From the NCBI GenBank assembly GCA_035084275.1, contig CM068758.1, positions 11,470,001 through 11,534,000 of the forward strand: a DNA stretch of 64,000 bases. Reading direction: 5' to 3'. Of the stretch, positions 23,501 to 35,500 are shown piece after piece. Each line of letters begins with the position of its first letter. Position 1 is the stretch's first letter. The notes under the pieces are model-generated. The model did not search any database. It was not told the DNA's origin and was given only the letters and a program-made list of their open reading frames with translations. The DNA is from Hydrolagus colliei. Its lineage: Eukaryota. The position numbers and the translations under genes were made by a program.

Positions 23501-26500
23501 GTAGAGATGAAATTCCTGAGTGACATTCTTCAGGGACAGGTTGACAACCAAAGAATTCGAGGTAATCAGCCAAGAGGGAGTGCCTGCCTGTATGTTGGGC
23601 ATATGTTGCCTTTCAGTGGCTCAGATGTTGGAGAAAAGAAATGATCGAAAATAAGCAGGAACTAGTGGCATCAAGGGGTAGTCACTGAATGGATGTACAA
23701 CTGCCCAGATTTAAAGGGCAAGTATTACACTTCACTAAAGTATGGAAACCCAATCTAGATCATCGAGAAAAGCTTATTCTTCCTGCTAGTCGTTGTATGT
23801 TAACTCCTCCTAACGTCCTCCTTCAGTAGAGGTCAGCCGGGCCTGCTAAGAGCCGAGCTGGTTACAAGGTGAGATGCTTGGCAATTGGAATGGAGTAGAT
23901 CCTCTGTGACGGTCTGTAGTCCAGTTGCTGAGCCAAGGCAGGTCTGCGGTACTCCAAGGCACTGCTGATAACAGCCTGGCTCAGCCTGGCTCATTGTTAG
24001 GAATTGTAAGAGCAGATCCTGGGAGCAGGGACTCTTCCCACTTGTTTGCCATTAATCCTTAAAGCCGAAGCCTTAGCTTGACAAACTTGCCTGATAGCGC
24101 TCTCGATAGCAAGTATTGCAGTATTAGTAGTTACCTCAGTATACATTCTGGGGTCCCCAAGCCTTGTTTCTTGCCAACCTGCACCGAATGCACTCTGGAA
24201 TTAGATAAGCGAGGTGTATCCCTTCAAGAAAGCACGTGTTCCATTCTAGACTTTTGGAAATGTCCATGAGGATGGCAAACGTGGAATTCTGTCTGGTCTA
24301 ATTTCTGGTAAGCACGGTCAGGTTGTGCCAAGACACCAGCCAAATCACATCATTGCCAAATAACCAGCCACAATCCATTCAGATAGACCATATAATTATA
24401 CTTACAAGATTTGCAAGTGTGAAAGAATATAATTATTGCCTTGTGTGCCAGGAATGGGCGTGAAGAGTCTTGCTTTCCTTGTAAAATCTTCACCAAGGTC
24501 ACAACAGACTGCATTGCTTGTGAGTTGGGAGATGTTCTGCCTGCTTGTCTGTGAAACATAAATGAGCGTTTCACAAAGACCCTGTCACACAATAAATAGG
24601 GTAATATATAGCGGTTGATAAATTGCAAGGCTGCCATTTAATCAAGATTTTCTGATCTGTCCATTGTTTCAAACTGATTTTTCTGTGATCTCCCCTCGAT
24701 CACCTCCTGTTTTCTGGTTTGCCTGTGCCTTTGTCTGAACAGCAATGCTGTCTTAAAAGTAAATTGTGAATAAATATGTTCAGCCATATCCTTTAATTGT
24801 TTTCATTTCATTGCTCTCAGGTATTAGTGATGAAGAGGATCAGAAACCCGTCCGGCTGCCGCTGAAATTGCCCCTGGAACTGCTACCGCGCAGTAACTAC
24901 GCTTGGGCAAGAGTGCAGGGTTTGGCCCAGAATCCTCGACTCCGGTAGGCACTGATTTACCTCATCTTATTTCATTTGTCTCTTAATTCATTCCAGTATC
25001 CAATTCAAGGATTATTATTATTGTTTGTGAATTTCCAGTACGTAAATATCTGGTTAATAATGAAGTCCTTTTTAAATTGAAGGATTACTCTTGACCAGGA
25101 CCTGCTCCAAAGACATTGACATTCATGGGAGTGGTACAAAACTCACTTGTTCTTCAATCCCCATCACAGTTGGCAGAATCTTGTTTCTGCAAGGCACTGT
25201 ATCACTGTATCAAATGGTTATTATAAATACAGTAACTGCTGCATATCCATTTTCAGTATTTTCCACTGTGGGTGTGCTTTGACACAATGTCACAGGGTAA
25301 GGTTAACTTTCATGCTAGCTAGAGCCACAGCTCCATCATTTGCAACTCAAGAGTGCAGTAACGATGTACTAAACTAACACAGAATTCGAAAGATGTGATT
25401 TAACAATAATTCATCATTAATAATAATCCTAGCATTTGATATGGCGCTTTCCATATTTTCTAGACGTCTCAAAGTGCTTCACAGAATATACTGTGAAGTG
25501 AATTGACTGTATATTTGTGGGCGAAACACAGCAGCCAGTTGCATACAGCAGATTTCACTAGGAACTGCTTACTAAACACTTATACAGAAACTGTCGTGTG
25601 AGGAGCTTTGAGATAACTTCCCAATATGATTTGGTGCTGTACAAAATGTAAGGTTTATTTCCAAATAATGCAATTCAACTGTGTATTTTGTCACACTGTG
25701 AGGTTATTATCCCCATTCTGAGTGTTTTGTTTCCCTCTAGGATGATGGTGGAACTCCATCGGAAGGTTTCCAGTCTCATTGAATTCCTCAAGCAGAAATG
25801 GGCATTACAGGAGGTTAGAATTGTATCCTTTTCATCCATTAAAGTAACCTGAACCTGGAAGCCACACTAGCAGCACTGAGCTCCCGGGGGCAACATTATG
25901 GAGTCAACATGTTTACTACTTATTCTTTTTCTTTCCTCCCTCCAACCTTCGAATGTTGCCGATGCTTTTCACTGATTTCCTGCAAGTGGACAACTTGCAC
26001 CTGTTCCTTTGCTTCTGCTCATTGCACCTCTAGCACAAACGTGTTCACATTTACTACACATTTCAAATGTTTATTTCCCCTTTCTCCCCCCTCCCCCCCA
26101 CCACCCACTGTTATTATTTGGGCAGCAGAGATTGTATGATCAGAGATCTGATGATACCACAATGCTACTTATGAAACGTTTGCATGTTATAGAGACCATG
26201 GCTGGCCATGGCTAAAATCCACTCCACCAATTGTCATTCTTTTGAATTGAGGTTTGATCTTCGGTTTCTCCTTAACTGCCTGTTCCTCAGCGTAAGGCAT
26301 TAGAGGAGCGCCTGCGTGACAGCGGAGAGGGTGACTCGGGGGTTGTGAAGCCCGAGGCTGAATTACACCTGTTTCCTGCAGAGAACTGTACTTTAAACAC
26401 ATTGCCTGGAGTGGCTAAGGTGGTGCACTCAAAGGCCTGTTGCACAGTGCACTGGCAGGAGACTGGAAGGTGTAGACAGAACATAAAAGATGCTCATTTA

Positions 26501-29500
26501 CTGCCGCCAGCGCAGATCCTGGCTAGGGCCTCCGGTACAAAAGACCCGAATGCTTCTGTCAACCAGGCAGCACAGAACACAGTGAAGGGAAACATCAAAC
26601 AGTCACGGGCCACCACAGAGGTGCGAACTATTAGCAAAGTGGGAGGGTTGGAATCTGTGAAACCCGGACCATCAACTGTGGAAGGAGCACAAAGCACTGA
26701 GGATCAGCAAACTCCCTCTGCTGAAGAGACAACTTTGCAGCAGGAAAGCCCCAAGCAGGAGGAACCTTTAGACGTGGGGCAGCAGGAGGTGCGAGAAAAT
26801 GGAGACAACCCATTGAATTCTCCTAACACTAACTGCGAGGTCTGCACTGATGACTGTGATGGTAATGAAGCAGCGCCACAGGAACCTCTGGATTCATCCA
26901 GCACTGCTGACGACTGCGTTTGTGGGGGAGTCGTAGACACGGATGACATATCCCTTTTGGACCCATTCCCTCACTATCTGAAATCTTGTCAGAACTTAGT
27001 GGCTCCGGAGAAGTGTGTGTGCAAGGACAAATCCCCCGAAAAGGCCCTTGGTGCGTCAGACGTGAATGGAGTGGCCCTTGACCCGAGTGCTGTGCATTTG
27101 GGGAATACAGAAGGGATGGACCTCAGCACAGAACCCTGTTTAACGTCAGGAACGCAGCTACCCAATGATAGCATATCAAAAACGTCCTTGCCCACTCCCC
27201 TGGATGATGGTGAACACACAGCTCTTTCTGCTGACTGCTCTCAGGAGCAGGCAACATCATGCAGCCAGGAGATTCCTGAGTTGGATTGCCCTGGGAGACA
27301 GGACCCCCTTGCTCCAGCCTCTCAGGGGCAATCTGTTCAGGCCAGCGCTGTTTCGAAATCGTCGAAAGATGACACAGCCCAGTCGGCACAGGAGGAGTGT
27401 TGGAACTTAAAAACGGCTGAGAATTTGACACTGGCAGAGGTGTTCCTCATGTTGGGGAAACCTAGCAAACTGCAGATGGAATATGACTGGGTGCAGACCG
27501 AACAAAATGACGCAGAGGAAAGCGAGCAGACCGGGAGTCCAGGCTTACACACTCAGAAGCTGCTGAAGTGCTTACTGCGACTTATCGCCATGGAAGTCAA
27601 TCCCAAACCGGTGAGTGTAATATTCCGGGAAACGGGAGTCATGGAATAAATAGCTTCTTCCAAAAGGAATCCCGTTTCAGACTCTGAATTGTCAGTTGTG
27701 ACTTTAACTTGATAATAATAATAATAATAATAATAATAATCCTTGCATTTGATATAGCGCTTTCCACATCTTATCAACGTCCCAAAGCGCTTCACAGAAT
27801 ATACTGTAAAGTGAATTGACTATATATTTGTGGGCGAATGTGTTTGAGAAGGGTCTCGGTATTAAACCATTACTTTTACAATTATTACTATTCTTTTTTT
27901 AAGGCTATAAAATGTAAACCGTTTCACAAAAAGAAAGAGAGAGAAAAAAGGCTTTCTAAACCATTGGTATCACAGAGCTTTATAGAGATGCTCACTATCT
28001 ATTTTGAGTATCAGTCGGTCGGGGGGAGGCGGAGGAATGCAGGAAAGTGAATTAGTCTAATCCTGGTTTTATTCTGTACCACCTGCTGTCAGATTCTCTG
28101 TTCTGATTTCTGTGACTTCTACATTAAATCTCACACCATTTGTTCTTGATAGTGCCCAGACACCAGCTCTGTGGCAACCTCTCCTATGAAATCGAGCCAC
28201 GAAGATCAGACGCACACTCCTCCTGGGAAGGTGATCACTCTCGCACGCAGTCCTGGCTGTGTCAGAAACGCTGCAGCCATTCGAGCAAACAAAACGTTAT
28301 CACCCATCACTGCTTCAGGTGAGTGCACCGACCAGGGTCAGAAATACAAACTGCAGTTTAACTGAGCAAAGTAAGCGGTAGCAGTCAGGAACTTTACTGC
28401 CATTTTGTGCTGTCATTTTCACAATGGGCTGAATGTATTGTGTAATGAGCAGATGGTGGAGAAATGGGAGGCCAAGCTTTAGGCAGTTGAACAAGTCAAC
28501 CGCCTAACAAGCCTTAGGCAGTTGAATTGCCAGTCTTAATAATAATTATTATTATAATTCTTACAATTAGTATATCACATCATTGAGCCATCTCAAGGTA
28601 CTGTATATTGAGAATACTGTTTAAAGTGGATTGAATGTATTTTGTAGGCAAAATTCAGCAGCCAATTGCACACAGCAATTGGTCCACAATGTTGTGTGTG
28701 TATGTGTGTGTTAGCGGAGGGGAGGTGGGGGTAGGAAGAGGCACGTGAGTTTGTGGTATGTGGTGTCTGTAGAAAACTTGTGAACAAGACAGAATGTGAG
28801 GATGGCTTGCGTTCGGTCTTGTTTACAATTCTTGATTTATTTTTCCGAACAGGTCTTCGTAATGTGCAGAAGAGCCTGGTGGTCTCATGTTCTCCTGGTG
28901 TCACAGGAAGCTCCAGCAATGATGCAGACACTGGCGTGTTTGCCGTTCCCACAATTCTGCCTCCCAACAGCAGACACAACAAGCTGTTCTCACCCAACAA
29001 AGAGGCAGAAATGAGTTTCAGGCAGCAACTAGATTCTCTCAGTGTGAGTTGATCTCTTGTATGATGGGTTTGAGGGAAAGGGAGTGCACTGCTATGAATT
29101 GTGGTGTAGCAGGGAGGGTGTGCAATGTCGAGAGTACCCTAACTTGTTATTGAGACTGATCTAATGTCTTTTAACACAGATTGCGAGGGTGGGCACTAAT
29201 TAGTGGGAGCGGGATGTAAGTTGTCAGGACTGTCTTCTGAGTTCTGTGTGTGATTTACCCGAGACCAGTGGAATGATATATCAAATATATTCAGACATAT
29301 AAAGCAAGCCCTTACCTGATGCACCACAATCAACTCACTATTAAATATTATTTTGCTGATTTTCTAACTGATTGTATGGTCACTTATCACAAAGGTCAGT
29401 TCATTTTAAACTGGTCAGATATTGATGTGAGCGTTCCCTCGCTGATGGCGAAGACGGGAAGTTATGAAGCTACGTACATATGTGAAGAAAATTAAATGAA

Positions 29501-32500
29501 GAAAAAATATACATAATGGAAATATTCTTGTCCGTTTGATTAAATATTTGTGATTGATTATTACAATAATAATCCCTGGATTTGATATGGTGCCTTTTCA
29601 TGTAATTGAGCCACCTCAAAACGCTTCACAGAGTATATTGTCAAGTGAATTGACTATTTTATGAGCGAATTACGGTTTAAATATTAAATTTAATGTTGAA
29701 CATTCTGTTCCTCAGTCAGGCCATGGTTTTTTTGGGGGGGTAAGCGTCAGAAAGCCTTTGGAAGGTGCTGGTTGTTATTGTGGTGGTGATTGAGTGCTGC
29801 TCGCCACCTTACACCTCTCTTATCATTTCAGAGACAGCCAGATATTTACCTGCCCAAACAGAGGAAACTGCGGAATAACCGTCCACGCAAACCATTGGTA
29901 GTGCAGGTAAAGTCATTCAGTGCTCAATGTCTTCTTTCACTACAGATCAGATGGAAGATGTACTCCTCAGCTCATGTCTACAGATCCAACCTCCCCCTCA
30001 AACTTTCTGAACTTGGCGTCCGGTTCAACCCCCAGTTTTTCCTTCTCGTGCCCATCAGTTCCCTCATCAACGCTGCCGTCTGCCAGCAAATATCTGGGAC
30101 CAAGCAATGCCTCTAACTTCTGGAACTCCCTGACTGTCCACCTGCTGGTAGAGGGGTAGAGGAGTTAGGAGGGGTCTCTGGACAGGATTTAAGGGGAATG
30201 TACTTGGCAAGGGAATATCAGAAATAAGTAAACTATCTGTGGTGGTCTTTGTTCCTGAGCCAGCATATCCTCACTACTTACTCTTAAGGCCTGGCTCAGC
30301 AATAACCCTTTGAGACAGACACACTAAGCGCAGGGATTCTTCTTGCTCGGCTTCTATTAACCCTGAAAGCCAAAGCTCTTAACAAGTAGACTGGTCCTAC
30401 CTGGTCAAGCACAAGATGGTTGCCACACAATACTGTTGCTGGCAAGCAGTGTGGTTTTTATTTAGCATTTACTCCCAACATATTGTTTAAATAAAAGCTC
30501 TTGTTTAAATCTTGTTGGGGAATTAAAGCTGTTAATTTATGCAACCTTGTTACAGAGAACGCTGTTACCACGACCAACCGGAAGTTCTTCCCCGCACGTC
30601 TGTTCCTTTTCCATCTTAACCAATTCTTCTGCTGCAGGTAACTATTACAGGAAACTGATCAGTGGTGTCGGGAGGCTGTGTTTTTGTTTTACTCTTAACC
30701 TTTTTGAACCCGTTTGTCTACAAAGTACACAGTCATCACCAAACTTCGCTGTATATTAAAAAAAAATCCTGTGAAGCACTTTAAAATCTCATTGATGTGA
30801 CCAGGTCTGAAATCAAATGCCACAGATTATTATTTAAAATAAATCAAAGGAAAGGGGAAAACTATTCCATACTGAGTTATCAGTACTGAGTTACTCCAGG
30901 CAGGTCAGGGCAAAACCTTGGGCAAGTTTCCTTACTCCACACACCTAATAATAATCCTTCAAAAAAAAATTGTCATTTCAATCCAAGACTATTTGTGAGG
31001 CACTGCTGTGCGCAATTGACTGCCCACAAATATATAGTCAATTCACTTTACAGTATATTCTGTGAAGCGCTTTGAGACATCTAGAATACTTGAAAAGTGC
31101 TATATCAAATGCAAGGATTATTATTATTACTATATCAGCAGCAGTGGTTCAGGCATGTGTATAAATACATAAATAAAATACAGCCAAGATATTGACAGCA
31201 TGATGACTTAATCAACCTTGGTATATTTAAGCTTTTTTAAAAACAAAACAACTGATTATACTTTCATGTGTCTGTGAATGCATGTAAGTTCCAGTTAAAT
31301 TTGAAGTTCTGGTGTTCAGTAATGTAGATTGAGAAGCCACGGCTAATTATTTTGTGGGTTGTTTGCTTACTAGGCACAGTGGCTGTGATATTCTCTCTCC
31401 TCTCTGCATTTTCTGTTTTTTTATAGGCACAGGCTCATTCCGTCCTCTCCAGTCTTCTCTTTCCAAAAGCTCTATAGCACGTCCGATTGTCCCCAAAGCC
31501 ATTCCAGCAGTTACCAACCAGTTCTCCAGTAAGTTGTGACGCTTTTCTGAAATCTGTGCAGTTGTAAGATCACTGACAAGACACATTCGGGAGATTTTCT
31601 CCTTGGACATCATTTACCTGTATTGCTGCCGACTGACCCCCCTCCACCCGCCAAAGTAGAGTTTTGGATAAGCACTGAGGAAATATAATAGTAATGAAAT
31701 AAATTACCCGGCCTTGCCCCATCCTACCTAACCGATCTACTCTCTACTCTCCCCCTACACGCCCACCCGGACCCTCCGTTCAACAGGACTTGGCCTGCTC
31801 CAAGCCCCCCGCCCGAACCGCCCCACCATCGGAGGCCGGGCCTTCAGTTTCTCCGCTCCCACCTTATGGAATGCCATCCCTCAATCCCTCCGTTTCGCCT
31901 CTTCCCTTTCCTCTTTCAAGGCCGGTTTGAAGACTTTCCTCTTCGATCGTGCCTTTTGTTCCACCCCGAACTCTTTTACCTCCCCTTCGTGTTTCACCCC
32001 TTCCCAAACACTCCCCTCCCAGCTCGGGTCACACGCCTCCTGTTCAGCGCCTTGGGACGTCCTCCCGACGTGAAAGGCGCTCTATAAATGTAAATTGTTG
32101 TTGTTGTTGTTGTCATTGTGTATGCCATCTGTTTGCTCTTACCGCATAATCTCCCTGACGTTGCCAGCTCACCTCGGAGTAGCCTCCATTGCCAGGCATT
32201 ACCTGAGCCAGTGTAGCTTACAGGAAGGGGTTCAGCCATCTGCTAGATGCACTCCTGTGGTCAGTGCTGCACAAAGCTGCCCGTGTACGCATCGCAGCTA
32301 AGATTCTGCATTTTATATACAGCACTCCACACAGATATTGTTCAAATCTTATATATTTTTTCTGTAATAGGTGCAATTGACCTGGCAGCTAAATCAGCAG
32401 GCATAATTCCAGGCAGCCCAGTGCGGGTCCTTGAGACTGAAGGATCACCAGAGTTAACATCCTTGCCAACAGAAGCGGTTTCTATCATCACTGCAAGCCA

Positions 32501-35500
32501 CGCTCTGACTGCAGTTGAGCACAATGGGAGTGGGACAGCCCTGACTTCCACAGGGGTGAGTGACGCTGGACTCCGTTTGTCCTCTGACCCTCTGAAAATC
32601 TTCCACTCCTCCCATCACCTCAGCTACATTGTCCTTCTATTCCAAGATCTTCCTGGTGGCCAAGGACCAACCCCAGGAAATGATGGGCTTCCTCGAGTCC
32701 AAAATCGAAGGCATCTTCTCTGACCTTTCTACCTCCCTTATGTCCCCTTCACACTCCCTTCTCACCTCCCTTATGACTCCTCTCCTCTGTCATTTCCCAA
32801 ATGAAGTCCACCACCTGCTCCCTTGACCCCATCCCTACCCCTCTCCTCCCCTCCCAGCTTCGCCTTCTTACCCCCCATTAATACAGATTTATTATTATTG
32901 TGAAAATCTCTCTGGCCGCTGGTACCTTTCCCACCCCCTTTAAAAACAGCTGACATTGCATTCTCAAAAAAAGCTTTCCCTTAACTCACCTCCCATCAAA
33001 CTACTCCCATCTAAAACTTTCTTTTACTCTCTAAGGTCCTGGAACAAGTTGTTACTTCACTCGTTCCACTACCGACACTCCCTTTATGAATCTCTTATCT
33101 GGTTTCCGAGCTGCCTATAGGCAGTTAACATTAGTCAATGTTACAAATGACATTGTGTCCATCTGTGACCAAGGCTGTCTCTGACTCCTTGTTCTTCTCG
33201 ATCTCTGCTGCCTTCAAAACTGTCGCCCGCCCTATGCTTCACCACCGCCTCTCCTTTTAGTTCATGATTTTGTATGATATGTTTGAACCTGCGATAAACA
33301 TTTTAAATAAATTTCCATTACACTCTTTCCTGCACAGAGGGAACTTGACAAAAATACCCTTCAGAACGGTTTGTCCTCTCCAACGGCTGATGGCCCCAGC
33401 TCCCTCTTCACATCTCCTCCGAACATGTCTGCTCTCCTGGACATCTCCTTGCCAGGACCCCCAGATGATGTGCTGTCCCAGGGCGGGCCTCACAGCCAGA
33501 TCAGCGACTCCATCATAGAACTTGCTATCAACTCCACTCAATACATCAGCGGTAAGTGAACAAATGGACACTTGCTTAGTGGGGGTTATATATTGCAAAG
33601 GGAAGGGCTTGCTTACTTGAAGGATCAGAAACGACTCAGGTTTACTTCTCCAGGCAGTATTGGGGGAATAATACCGGTAGTTTCCTCCTGCTCTGGCTAA
33701 TAGTTGTTTAGAAACATTGTTCATTCACTACATGCCTGTGTTTGTTTGGGACTTTGCTGTACGCAAATTGACTGCCACATTTGCCTATAAATACAGTCAC
33801 TACACGTAAGCAAGAAGTAGTGAAACACTTTGAGAAGTCCTGGTGTAAAAAATGTGTGTCAGCTTCAGGGGAGCTGTGGTACGTGCAGGGCGGGCTCACA
33901 AGTGTATTATGTTTGTTTTCACTGTGTACTGTCCACTATATATTATTATTATATATAGTGCTTAAATTAGTGGTCGCACCTTGCTAAGTCTGTAGAAGAA
34001 TGGCGATTTCTGCAGTTTAGATTTGTAACGTATTTTGATGGACGTTTGTCTTATTTAGTGGATCAGTTGCTGAAGTGAATCTTGTGTTTTTACCAGGTGA
34101 CAGTGCGCCGCTCTCTCCAACAAAGCTCAACGGCAGTGACAGCTCAAAGAGTCTTCCGTCTCCCTCCACCAGTCCTCAGCGCAACTGGATTGCCTCTCCC
34201 ACACACGACCCCCAGTGGTATCCCAATGATTCTGCCGACTCGTCCCTGGGCAGTCTGCTGTGTAAGTCTGTCTGAAATGCGTTCTGTTCTTCGCAGTCGC
34301 CTTGTGGCCCCATCTCTCTGAGAAGACAGTTTGTGACCCCTTCAGTTTGTAACTCCCTGTTGAAGCAGTGATCTGCTTGTCTTGTCTGCCCCACTTGGTT
34401 CTGTGTTGTGGAACATTGACCATTACATGATCAAGGATATTCTCCGTCTGTATGTTGTTGCCAGTTTGCGGGCTCTCTTGTCTACTCTGGGCTGTCATGT
34501 CCCCACCTTGATATTATAATCATAATAGTTCCTACAATAATAGATTTCCTTTCTTTGTACAGTAAAAGCCCATTTATCCGGCACCCTCGGGACCTGGTCA
34601 ATGCCGGTTAAAGCGTGTGCCAGATATTCAGCTGAAAATACACACAAAAAAATACATTGTGCCGGATAAATTCCGGATAATTGAATGGGGACCTTTTTTT
34701 TGTGGTGCCGGTTAGAAGTTACGGTTGATTGGGTCACGGATAAACAGGCTTTTACTGTAGTATCTTTATCGGAAACAACATTCTCATTAAATAACGGAGC
34801 ACATTTCCCATCACCTCTGTTTGACAAGTCAGCTGTTTCAGCATCTTTTAAGACAGAAACGTTGGTTTAAAAAAGTTGTTTTCCTCCTCCATTCGCTCCG
34901 TTTTTTTGTCCCCTCGTCTTCCCCTACCCAAAATTAATGATGTGCCAATTATGCGGCCCAGTTGAACTTTAGATAGGACCCTCACAAGTGGAGCTGGGTA
35001 ATCGTGTTCGTAATATTCTGGTCACAATTCGGGATTCTTAAGCCAGATTCTGCAGATACAGGAAATCTGAAATCAAAGCAGAAATTGCTAGGAGCACTCA
35101 ACAGGTCAGAATTCCTCAGCTATTCCCACCCTCAGCTATTCCCACCCTCAGCTATTCCTACCCTCAGCTATTCCTACCCTCGGGTTAGGAATAGCTCCTG
35201 ATTTTTATCCCTACATGGAATACAGAACCGAGCTGTTGAGTTTTGACATTTAATCCTTTGGGCAGTAACTCTGTCTTTGCACGGCAGGAAAGCAAAGTCA
35301 CAGCATGATTGCACCACAGCACTAGTGAACGTGATTGCACACTCTCTTGTTTCAGCGAGCCTGATCTCTCCTGAGAAAGGTAGAAAAATGCTGACCAACA
35401 GCAACAGTAACTCCCTGCTTGGAAACAGCCTCCTGGACGGGAACTCCCGGGACTCCTTTGTGTCTCGTTCACTGGTGGATGTGTCTGAGGTAAGATCGGG

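Noticed and set aside
32556-33337. A possible extra CRAMP1 exon for a roughly 30 aa segment recalled from the human protein
   Set aside because: The intron is filled by an L2 fragment and the flanking exons already join in phase 0; no supportable exon was found.
35114-35196. Short direct-repeat arrays as CRISPR (also 17717-17763 and 1-70)
   Set aside because: No unique spacers and no cas genes; vertebrate tandem repeats.
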